From the sequence record SRR31156797_3317: 54,117 nt of DNA. The stretch is one strand, 5' to 3'. The position numbers and the translations under genes were made by a program. Below are positions 1 through 8,011 of this stretch, piece after piece; within the stretch, counting starts at the first letter, position 1, and the number at the start of each line of letters is the position of its first letter. The notes beneath the pieces were generated by a model. The model was not told the origin of the DNA, did no database searches, and saw only the letters and a program-made list of their open reading frames with translations.

Positions 1-1
1 T

Positions 2-1039
2 GACCTTAAAAACGAAATGATTGAAACTTCGTTTGGTTTTGATACTGCATGTAAAGTTTATAGTGAGCTAATTGGTAACATTCAGCGTGATGCTAACTCA
101 GCTAAAAAATACTGGCACTTTATTAAGTTGATGGGACGTTCTGCTTCTCATATCGGATTAGAGTGTGCACTTCAAACTCAACCTAACGTTGCAATTATTT
201 CAGAAGAAGTTGAAGAGAAAAATATGACCTTAGACGAGGTTGTATCATATATTGCAGATAAAGTTGCTGCACGTGCAGCTAACGGAGAGAACTTCGGTAC
301 TGTTCTTATTCCTGAAGGATTAATTGAGTTTATTCCTGCAATGAAAAAATTGATTGCAGAATTAAACGACCTATTGGCTCATAACGAAGCTGAGGTTAAT
401 GCAATCGAAACAAACAAAGAAAAGAGAGAATACTTAGGGGCTAAATTGTCTGCAGAAATGGCTGAGGTATTCAAAAGCTTACCAAATAGTATTGCGAATC
501 AGTTAATGTTAGATCGTGATCCACACGGAAACGTTCAGGTTTCATTAATCGAAACTGAAAAATTATTAGCTGATATGGTGAAAGCTAAATTAAAGAAGAT
601 GAAAAAAGAAGGATCTTTCTCCGGAAAATTTGCTTCTCAAGTTCATTTCTTTGGTTATGAAGGTCGTTGTGCAGCTCCTTCTAACTTTGATGCTGATTAC
701 TGTTATTCGTTAGGATATACTGCTTCGGTTCTTATTGCAGAAGGAAAATCAGGATATATGTCATCTGTACGTAACTTAACTGCTCCTGCAGAAGAGTGGA
801 TTGCTGGTGGAGTGCCTGTAACAATGATGATGAACATGGAGCGTCGTCATGGAGAAATGAAACCAGTAATTCAAAAAGCACTTGTTAAATTAGATGGTGC
901 GCCATTTAAAGCATTTGTTGCTCAAAGAGATGACTGGGGATTAAATACTAAATATGTATATCCTGGTCCAATTCAGTACTTTGGTCCAACCGAAGTATGT
1001 GATTTACCAACTAAAACATTGGTTGAAGAAAGCAAGTAA
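2..1039 (+). CDS. pfp: Pyrophosphate-dependent phosphofructokinase (diphosphate--fructose-6-phosphate 1-phosphotransferase), 5'-truncated by the window edge
   Basis: Frame is open from base 2 ([16 protein letters not shown]). Motifs [34 protein letters not shown] and YPGPIQYFG are typical of long PPi-PFK. Confidence 0.95.
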   Translation, partial: DLKNEMIETSFGFDTACKVYSELIGNIQRDANSAKKYWHFIKLMGRSASHIGLECALQTQPNVAIISEEVEEKNMTLDEVVSYIADKVAARAANGENFGTVLIPEGLIEFIPAMKKLIAELNDLLAHNEAEVNAIETNKEKREYLGAKLSAEMAEVFKSLPNSIANQLMLDRDPHGNVQVSLIETEKLLADMVKAKLKKMKKEGSFSGKFASQVHFFGYEGRCAAPSNFDADYCYSLGYTASVLIAEGKSGYMSSVRNLTAPAEEWIAGGVPVTMMMNMERRHGEMKPVIQKALVKLDGAPFKAFVAQRDDWGLNTKYVYPGPIQYFGPTEVCDLPTKTLVEESK

Positions 1040-1057
1040 TAAGATATACTTTAATAC

Positions 1058-1088
1058 AAAGCCCATGCTGTATAGCATGGGTTTTTTT
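1058..1088 (+). terminator. Intrinsic terminator after pfp
   Basis: Stem AAAGCCCATGCT-gtat-AGCATGGGTTT followed by a T tract. Confidence 0.85.
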
Positions 1089-1183
1089 ATTGCATGTATT
1101 TTTAAATACAGATTCAAATCGCTTAATTTGTATGCTTATAAAAAGATTAAGCATTCAAGTATTCAAATAAACGATATTCCGAA

Positions 1184-1582
1184 ATGTCTAAAATAATTAC
1201 ATTATCTGAAGCTGCATCAATTGCCTTGCATGGAATGGTATTAATTGCAAAAACGGAACAAAAATTAAATGTAAATCAGATATCCGAAAAAATAGATAGC
1301 TCACGACATCATGTAGCAAAAGTTTTTCAGCGATTGGCTAAAGAAAATTTTGTGGCATCAAACAGGGGACCAAGCGGTGGTTTTGTTATTAAAAAAGATC
1401 CTCAGGATATTACTTTGTTGGAGTTGTATGAAGTTATAGAAGGGCCTGTAGAAGTGCAAGGATGTCCCGGAAGTAAAGAGCGTTGTCCTTTTGACAAGTG
1501 TTTAATGGGTGATTTAGCTGCAGCCCTAGCATGTGAGTTTAAATCATTTTTAGGAAGACAAACATTGGCAGATTATATTTAA
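1184..1582 (+). CDS. Rrf2-family transcriptional regulator (IscR/NsrR-like, three C-terminal Cys)
   Basis: wHTH with SNRGPSGGF and ITLLELYEVIEG; C-x6-C-x4-C cluster (GCPGSKERCPFDKC). Confidence 0.9.
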   Translation: MSKIITLSEAASIALHGMVLIAKTEQKLNVNQISEKIDSSRHHVAKVFQRLAKENFVASNRGPSGGFVIKKDPQDITLLELYEVIEGPVEVQGCPGSKERCPFDKCLMGDLAAALACEFKSFLGRQTLADYI

Positions 1583-2289
1583 TCAATTTGATTGATGAAA
1601 TTAATGGTTGCACAACTCATTAGTGCGGCTGTTTCTGTTCTTAATCTTTCTTTACCAAGACTAATCGCCTCATAATTATGTTGTGAGGCCAATTCAATTT
1701 CCTGAGTAGAAAAGTCACCTTCAGGACCAATTAAAATGGTCACATCGCTATTGATATTGTATGTATTCTTTAAAAGCTTTTTAGATCCTTCTGCGCAATG
1801 GGCAATGTATGATGATTGATTATTTGACTTATGTATTGAAATAAATTCTTTAAAATTAACAGCTTTATTAAGTTTTGGAATGTATGACTTTAAAGATTGT
1901 TTTGATGCAGATACAATAACTTTTATTAAACGCTCAGGTTTAATAATTTTTCTTTCTGAGTGATCACAAATAATAGGCGTTATTTCTTCAATACCAATTT
2001 CAGTTGCTTTTTCCAGGAACCATTCAAATCGATCCATATTTTTAGTAGGAGCTACTGCCATATGGATTGAAAACTCTCTTTTGTTATAGGAGTTAGTTTC
2101 AAGAACCTCAAGGGCACATTTTTTAGAGTTGGCATCAATAATCTGACATTGAAATATTTTTCCCTGTCCGTTCATAACAGTTACCTGATCTCCATTTTTG
2201 TGCCTCAAAACTTTTACACAATGTTTAGATTCATTAAAACCTAAATGGTAACCATTACTTTCAAAATCCGGCTCGTAAAATAATTGCAT
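1579..2289 (-). CDS. rsmE: 16S rRNA m3U1498 methyltransferase
   Basis: HCVKVLR, EKATEIG, IGPEGDFS and LGKERLRTETAA SPOUT motifs. Confidence 0.95.
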   Translation of the reverse strand: MQLFYEPDFESNGYHLGFNESKHCVKVLRHKNGDQVTVMNGQGKIFQCQIIDANSKKCALEVLETNSYNKREFSIHMAVAPTKNMDRFEWFLEKATEIGIEEITPIICDHSERKIIKPERLIKVIVSASKQSLKSYIPKLNKAVNFKEFISIHKSNNQSSYIAHCAEGSKKLLKNTYNINSDVTILIGPEGDFSTQEIELASQHNYEAISLGKERLRTETAALMSCATINFINQID

Positions 2290-2313
2290 AACATTCTATT
2301 TTTCTTTCGAACG

Positions 2314-2321
2314 CAAATATA
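2314..2321 (-). promoter_or_regulatory. Bacteroidota primary-sigma -7 box (TATATTTG) for rsmE
   Basis: Matches TAnnTTTG on the minus strand, 24 bp upstream of the ATG. Confidence 0.6.
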
Positions 2322-2330
2322 TAGATTTTA

Positions 2331-4586
2331 TTAATTGCAGCTAGAGCAGGAATTGAGAGATGAAATATCAGTTAATAGATTTTTATTAGTTGGTAAATAA
2401 ACAGTAAAAGTTGATCCTTTATTTACTTTAGATGAAACAACGATTTTTCCACCAAGCAGTTCCACCAGGCTTTTAGTGATTGATAAGCCTAATCCTGTGC
2501 CCGATAGTAATTTACGAGAACTGTTTTCGGCTTGTCTAAATCGTTCAAAAATAATTTCCTGGTCTTTTTCAGATATACCCTCTCCCGTATCTTTTACTGT
2601 AAACTTTAAGTAAGCATTGTGATTGGTGTATTGTACTACAATTCCACCTTTTTGTGTAAACTTTACGGCGTTAGATATTAAATTGAGTAAGATTTGTTCA
2701 AGTCTAAAAGGATCACAGTAAAATAAAAAAGTTTCATTAACAGACTCTTTAATAAATTTTGCAGATATTGATTTATTCTTTGTTTTAATTAATACTCTAG
2801 TGGATGATTCTATATTGTTTAACAATTCATTCAAATCGAATTTTTCTTTTCGAATAGTTAATTGACCTGATTCAATTTTAGATATATCAACAATATCGTT
2901 TATAATATTTAAGAGGTTTTCGCCACTGTTCTTTATCTGCAACAAATATGAACTCATTTCTTTTGCATTTAACTCTTGGCTCATTAAAATATCAGAGAAT
3001 CCTAAAATGGCATTCATAGGAGTCCTGATTTCGTGGCTCATGTTTGCCAAAAAAGAGGATTTTAAGCGATCGCTTTCCTCTGCTTTATCTTTAGCTATTT
3101 TAAGCTGTGTTTCAAATTCTTTTTGAGCAGAGATATCCAATATCACTCCTGTAATTCTAGATGGTTTAAAGTCTTTTCTTTCAGTAACTTTCCCGTGTAG
3201 AGCAATATGGCGTAAGGTTCCATCTTTTTGAAAAATAGGTGTTTCTATTTTAAAATAGGGAGTAATACCTTTAGTGTGTATTAAAAACGCCTCTTTAATT
3301 TGTAGCAGTTCTTCACGTGGAAAATAACTCCTCCAATTGTAAATGCTAATGTCTAGTTCATGCTCATGTTTATATCCAAAGAGATTTGCCAGGTTCTTAT
3401 TATAAATTGTCTTCCTTTCAGGAAGCAATATATCCCACAAGCCTTCATTGGCACTATTGATAGCTAACTCTAGTCTTTTTTCACTTTCAATTAACTTTAA
3501 TTCTGTCTTTTTTCGTTTGATAATATTATTAATTAAGAACAAGATGATACTTACTAAAACAATGAGTGTAGAAAGAAAAAATATAAGTTCTTGTTTAAAG
3601 CGTATATAAAAAGGTGTTTCTTTATTTATAATAATTGCATTAGAAGGTATATTACTCTCATCTAATTGAAGCGTATGTAATAACTTATAATCAACAGTTA
3701 GGTCATAAGTAGAGGGCAGCAATTTGCTATGTTTGTTTTGTGGGTTGTTAATTTTGTCGATGATTAGTTTTGCTGCTTGATTGCCTTGGTCATAAGGGCT
3801 TAGCAGGCTGCCTCCAACAATAAAGTCTCCGAGTAAGAAATTCCAAAAACTATAAATAGGAATATTAAGGTTATGAGTTAATTCTTTACCTATGTCTATC
3901 ATTTCCATAGGTATATTGTTTTTATGAGAATAAAGACTTAGTAGTATAATTGCTTTGTTTTTAGGATTAGTGTTTTCTAGTTTTGTTTTTAATGCGTCAT
4001 AATCTGATCCATCATAAATTATATATGATGTAGGTTTGGAAAGTTGTTTTATTTTATTTTGAAATTGATTAAGGAAAATATTTCCTGATAAAGTATTGTC
4101 TGATATTACAATAAAAGTATCGAGATCAGGTTGTAATTGTTGAGCTAGTTTTAAAGTACCGAGAAAATCAATGGTTTCTTTTATTCCTGTAATTCTTTGG
4201 TGGTCGTATTCGTAAGTTTCTATATTGTTAACCCCACAGATACTAACGGGTATTTGGTTATTCCAAATATTATCTCCATTAGCCAGGAAGAAATCAAATG
4301 CATAATTATCAGCACAAATAATACCATCAATTTGGGCGTCACCATATTTAAATTTGTATAAATTGCTTAATTCATAAAAATAGTCCTTATGTTGAAAACG
4401 CTTGTAATCCATATATTCAACAAATACCCTGTATTCTTCTTTAGGAATAGCTGCATCTAAAACTCCACTAGTAATACCTTCTGTCCATTTAAATCCTGTG
4501 TGGTAGGAATTTAGCAGTAAAATATCCTTGGCAGATAAAGAGATAGGTATTGTTAAAATAAAAAAGACAAGTACAGGTAATCTCAT
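2331..4586 (-). CDS. Membrane sensor histidine kinase (periplasmic ABC-substrate-binding-like sensor, TM, PAS, HisKA, HATPase)
   Basis: Signal peptide; LLLNSYHTGFKWT sensor start; H-box FLANMSHEIRTPMN; N-box NLISNAVKFT; DTGEGI; GTGLGL. Confidence 0.9.
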   Translation of the reverse strand: MRLPVLVFFILTIPISLSAKDILLLNSYHTGFKWTEGITSGVLDAAIPKEEYRVFVEYMDYKRFQHKDYFYELSNLYKFKYGDAQIDGIICADNYAFDFFLANGDNIWNNQIPVSICGVNNIETYEYDHQRITGIKETIDFLGTLKLAQQLQPDLDTFIVISDNTLSGNIFLNQFQNKIKQLSKPTSYIIYDGSDYDALKTKLENTNPKNKAIILLSLYSHKNNIPMEMIDIGKELTHNLNIPIYSFWNFLLGDFIVGGSLLSPYDQGNQAAKLIIDKINNPQNKHSKLLPSTYDLTVDYKLLHTLQLDESNIPSNAIIINKETPFYIRFKQELIFFLSTLIVLVSIILFLINNIIKRKKTELKLIESEKRLELAINSANEGLWDILLPERKTIYNKNLANLFGYKHEHELDISIYNWRSYFPREELLQIKEAFLIHTKGITPYFKIETPIFQKDGTLRHIALHGKVTERKDFKPSRITGVILDISAQKEFETQLKIAKDKAEESDRLKSSFLANMSHEIRTPMNAILGFSDILMSQELNAKEMSSYLLQIKNSGENLLNIINDIVDISKIESGQLTIRKEKFDLNELLNNIESSTRVLIKTKNKSISAKFIKESVNETFLFYCDPFRLEQILLNLISNAVKFTQKGGIVVQYTNHNAYLKFTVKDTGEGISEKDQEIIFERFRQAENSSRKLLSGTGLGLSITKSLVELLGGKIVVSSKVNKGSTFTVYLPTNKNLLTDISSLNSCSSCN

Positions 4587-4680
4587 GGCTGAGTTTTTGG
4601 ATTTGATTAAAGATAAAAAAAAAGATGTAAATACATAATACTCAAAAATGTAAAAATATTTTTTAGGTATTTACTAAATT

Positions 4681-4713
4681 AGTGCGGGGTTTAAATTAGA
4701 TTATCGTCTAATT
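4681..4713 (+). promoter_or_regulatory. Putative ECF-sigma promoter, copy 1 (autoregulatory)
   Basis: AGTGCGGGGTTTA-n9-ATCGTCTAATT; 25/33 identical to 5318-5350 with the same spacing. CGTC is a typical ECF -10 core. Confidence 0.7.
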
Positions 4714-4734
4714 CTTATGTAACGAAGTTTTAAA

Positions 4735-5313
4735 GTGATAGAAACAGATATAGATATAATACAACAAATTATTAAGGGGGATATACGTTCTTTTGAATCG
4801 TTAGTAAACGATTATAAAGATAAGGTTCTTCGTATCTGTTATTCTTATACCAATGATTTAGAAGATGCTGAGGATGTCTCTCAGGAGGTATTTATAGAGG
4901 TTTATAAATCAATATCAAAATTTAAAGGGCAATCGAGCATTGGAACCTGGATTTTTAAGATAGCTTCGAACAAATCATTGGATGCTATTCGTAAGAAAAA
5001 AAGAATAAAAAGGGGGGAAGGATTAAATTCATACATTGAAGAAATTAAAAACGAACAATGGATGGAGCCTTCAGCAGATGATCCGGCTAGCATTTTAATT
5101 AAAGAACAACGAAAAGAATTATTATATGTCGGATTATCAAAAATCCCGGAAAGGCAGAAAGAGGCATATGTTTTAACACAAATTGAAGGAATGAATCAAC
5201 AAATGGTGAGTGAGATTATGGGAGCCTCTGTTAAAAGCGTTGAATCATTGGTTTTAAGGGCTAAAAAGAAGTTGAAAAGTGTCTTGGAAAAACAAATTAA
5301 AGAATATTTATAA
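4735..5313 (+). CDS. ECF (sigma-70 family) RNA polymerase sigma factor
   Basis: DAEDVSQEVFIEVY and FKGQSSIGTWIFKIASN (region 2); region 4 HTH ISEIMGASVKSVESLVLRAKKKL-like; GTG start. Confidence 0.95.
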   Translation: MIETDIDIIQQIIKGDIRSFESLVNDYKDKVLRICYSYTNDLEDAEDVSQEVFIEVYKSISKFKGQSSIGTWIFKIASNKSLDAIRKKKRIKRGEGLNSYIEEIKNEQWMEPSADDPASILIKEQRKELLYVGLSKIPERQKEAYVLTQIEGMNQQMVSEIMGASVKSVESLVLRAKKKLKSVLEKQIKEYL

Positions 5314-5317
5314 TTAA

Positions 5318-5350
5318 AGTGAGGGATTTACTTAAAACGATCGTCTAATT
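5318..5350 (+). promoter_or_regulatory. Putative ECF-sigma promoter, copy 2
   Basis: AGTGAGGGATTTA-n9-ATCGTCTAATT, 17 bp before the next ATG. Confidence 0.7.
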
Positions 5351-5367
5351 AGTAAAGAGCAGGAGTT

Positions 5368-5712
5368 ATGAAGAAGTTGAATGAAAATATAAATAAAGAG
5401 CTGAATCAGATAATTAATCATTCCAGATTAAATGAAGAAGTTAAAACAAGTGCTTTTTTTACAACCAGAGTAATGGGAAAAGTGGAACAACTGGGTGATA
5501 AGAAAGATTTCTTTAGAGGGTTTAATATTATTTTAAAACCTGTGTTTGTTTTAATTATCCTGGTTAATATTGCTAATTTCTACTTTTTCAATAATTCGGA
5601 AAATAAGACTACTGATTCAGATAACTCAGAACAAATTTTTCAGGATTATGTAGCCTGGAATAGTGATTTCATTTTATACGAAGAAAGTGAATCATCATTA
5701 ACGCAAGAATAA
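5368..5712 (+). CDS. Small single-pass membrane protein, probable anti-sigma factor
   Basis: Directly after the ECF gene; SAFFTTRVM motif, then one hydrophobic helix (ILKPVFVLIILVNIANFYFF). Confidence 0.6.
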   Translation: MKKLNENINKELNQIINHSRLNEEVKTSAFFTTRVMGKVEQLGDKKDFFRGFNIILKPVFVLIILVNIANFYFFNNSENKTTDSDNSEQIFQDYVAWNSDFILYEESESSLTQE

Positions 5713-5721
5713 AGTTTAATC

Positions 5722-6216
5722 ATGAATAAAAAATATTACCATATAATTATTGCAGTTTTAGTGCTGCTCAATATTTTTTCCTGGAGGATGTGGTGGGAAA
5801 AACCGGTTAAAGATGTCGTCAAGGAAAATGTTAGGGTTAATCAGAATAACAATCGAAAGCAAAAAGGAATGGATTTTTTTGCAGAGAAGTTAAGTCTAAC
5901 CACAGAACAACAAAATCGATTTGAAGAGTTAAGAAAAGAGTACTTTTCAAATGTTGATAGCCTTAAGCATAGTATGTTTATAGTGAGAAAAGGCCTGATT
6001 GATAATAGCAAATCATATAATAGTGAGGTTGCTGATTCATTGTTAAAAGAGATGGGAAATCTGAAATTACAGATGGAGTTATCTACAATGAAACATTTTC
6101 AGAACTTAAGAGAAGAATGTAATCAGAATCAAGTTGAAATGTTCGATTCGTTGATGATGGGAATGATGGATAGAAGAGGTAGGTATGGAAGAAAGGGTGG
6201 TCGTCATACACAATAA
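5722..6216 (+). CDS. Periplasmic heavy-metal sensor / Spy-CpxP-ZraP-like helical protein
   Basis: N-terminal membrane anchor; LSLTTEQQ and CNQNQ LTxxQ-like motifs; helical hairpin composition. Confidence 0.7.
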   Translation: MNKKYYHIIIAVLVLLNIFSWRMWWEKPVKDVVKENVRVNQNNNRKQKGMDFFAEKLSLTTEQQNRFEELRKEYFSNVDSLKHSMFIVRKGLIDNSKSYNSEVADSLLKEMGNLKLQMELSTMKHFQNLREECNQNQVEMFDSLMMGMMDRRGRYGRKGGRHTQ

Positions 6217-6379
6217 ACAGGTGCAATAAAAAAGTAAGTGAAGTCGCGCATATGATATTGCGGACACTTAAAACTCTATAACCTTTTGTATTTAAATGAT
6301 TTGATTTATGAATTTAAATTCATGAAAATGGAAAAGGTACATTCAATTAAAAATAAAAAAGTCTAATTTAAAAATTATA

Positions 6380-6934
6380 GTGATGAAAAAGAGAAGTAGA
6401 GTATTAAAAGCTGCAACTATAGTTGCTTTATTCGGAGTTTTGTTTGTAGGAAGTGCGTGGAGCTATGGTAATGGACAAATGCAGAGAGGTACAAATGGAG
6501 AATGCAGGATGGCAGGTATAAAAGGTATGGACTTAAGTGAAGAACAGCAGTCTGAAATAGAGGAGTTGAAAATTGCTTTTGTTAAAGAGGTAATACCTTT
6601 AAAGAATGAGTTAAAAATTAAAAAGGCTGAAATACAAGCCGCTTCTGTGGGAGATAATATAGATAAGAAAGCCGTTTATAAATTAATAGATGAAGTAAAT
6701 GTTATTAAAACGCAAATGGCTAAGAAACATTTTGATCATCAAATGCAGATTCGTAATTTACTCAATGATGAACAAAAAGTGATGTTTGATGCACGTGCAG
6801 GCAAAGGACATGGGTTTAATAAAGGTAAAATGAGACATGGAGCTAAAGGCCAACACAAAAATGGAATGCACAAAAGAGGGAAAGGCCAAGGCTATGGATG
6901 CAAACAAGGTGCACAATCAGATCAAGTTCAGTAA
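6380..6934 (+). CDS. Spy/CpxP/ZraP-family periplasmic chaperone with Gly/His/Lys-rich tail
   Basis: Signal peptide; LSEEQQ and LLNDEQK motifs; tail HGFNKGKMRHGAKGQHKNGMHKRGKG. The start may be the ATG at 6383. Confidence 0.8.
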   Translation: MMKKRSRVLKAATIVALFGVLFVGSAWSYGNGQMQRGTNGECRMAGIKGMDLSEEQQSEIEELKIAFVKEVIPLKNELKIKKAEIQAASVGDNIDKKAVYKLIDEVNVIKTQMAKKHFDHQMQIRNLLNDEQKVMFDARAGKGHGFNKGKMRHGAKGQHKNGMHKRGKGQGYGCKQGAQSDQVQ

Positions 6935-6991
6935 ATGATATAAAAAATAATATATGTAGGAAACTGAATTATGTAATAATATGATATTTCT

Positions 6992-7033
6992 AAAGCGACT
7001 TCTGCTATAATAATGTGGCAGAAGTGGCTTTTT
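6992..7033 (+). terminator. Intrinsic terminator of the ECF/Spy cluster
   Basis: AAAGCGACTTCTGC...GCAGAAGTGGCTTT stem followed by Ts. Confidence 0.75.
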
Positions 7034-7068
7034 GAAATTTATATATATCATAATTTTATTGTTTTTGA

Positions 7069-7076
7069 TATATTTG
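7069..7076 (+). promoter_or_regulatory. -7 box (TATATTTG) for the export operon
   Basis: TAnnTTTG 38 bp upstream of the TTG at 7115. Confidence 0.55.
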
Positions 7077-7114
7077 GTTCATTAGAATTCCTCACACTAT
7101 TTAAAATATATACT

Positions 7115-8011
7115 TTGGAAATATCAATTCAAAACCTTAATAAGGTTTATGGACATAACTTTCAGGCATTAAAAGAGGTGAATCTTCAAATAGAATCTGG
7201 AATGTTTGGTTTGTTAGGCCCTAACGGAGCCGGAAAATCTACACTTATGAAAATATTGGTCACCTTACTTAAACCTACAAGTGGTGATATTTTGATAAAT
7301 GGTAAAGCCTTAAGTGAGAATAGAAAAGAAGTGAGAGCCATGATGGGTTACCTTCCTCAGGATTTTAGATTTTTTGCAAAGCTTAAAACCTACGAATTTT
7401 TAGACTATGCAGCATCACTAGCAGGTATAAGCAGCAGAAAAGAAAGAAAAAATGAGGTGGAACGTTTATTGGAAGAGGTTGGCTTGTTTGAAGTACGAAA
7501 CCGTTTTGCCAATAAGCTTTCCGGAGGTATGAAAAGACGTTTGGGGATAGCACAGGCTATTGTAGGTGAACCAAAAATTGTGATTGTAGATGAGCCAACA
7601 ACCGGCTTAGATCCTGAAGAAAGAATCCGTTTTAGAAATATACTGGCTGATCTAAGTCAAAAAGATGTCATCATTATATTATCCACACACATTGTAGGTG
7701 ATATTTCCAGCACTTGCCAGCAAATGGCATTGTTAAATAATGGTCAGATTGGATTTACAGGTAGTCCGCATGAATTTATAGAATTATCCCGGGGAAAAGT
7801 ATGGAGAACGCATGTTGGATATGATTTAATGGAAGAATTCAAACAAAAATATCCGGTGATTACAACAATACCTGATACTGATGGATACGAGGTGGAATTA
7901 ATTGCTCCTTCTGCAAGCGATTTTCAGGGCGAAAATATTGATCCAAACCTGGAGCATGCTTATGTGTATTTCATGGAATATGAATCAGAAAAACTATTAA
8001 CTCATGCATAA
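7115..8011 (+). CDS. ABC-2-type transporter ATP-binding protein
   Basis: Walker A GPNGAGKS, signature LSGGMKRR, Walker B IVIVDEP, H-loop STH. Start re-called to TTG 7115 because the ORF-track start (7013) lies inside the terminator. Confidence 0.93.
   Translation: MEISIQNLNKVYGHNFQALKEVNLQIESGMFGLLGPNGAGKSTLMKILVTLLKPTSGDILINGKALSENRKEVRAMMGYLPQDFRFFAKLKTYEFLDYAASLAGISSRKERKNEVERLLEEVGLFEVRNRFANKLSGGMKRRLGIAQAIVGEPKIVIVDEPTTGLDPEERIRFRNILADLSQKDVIIILSTHIVGDISSTCQQMALLNNGQIGFTGSPHEFIELSRGKVWRTHVGYDLMEEFKQKYPVITTIPDTDGYEVELIAPSASDFQGENIDPNLEHAYVYFMEYESEKLLTHA

Noticed and set aside
7013-7114. N-terminal extension of the ABC ATPase in the ORF track
   Set aside because: It overlaps a terminator and a -7 promoter box; NBD similarity starts at TTG 7115.
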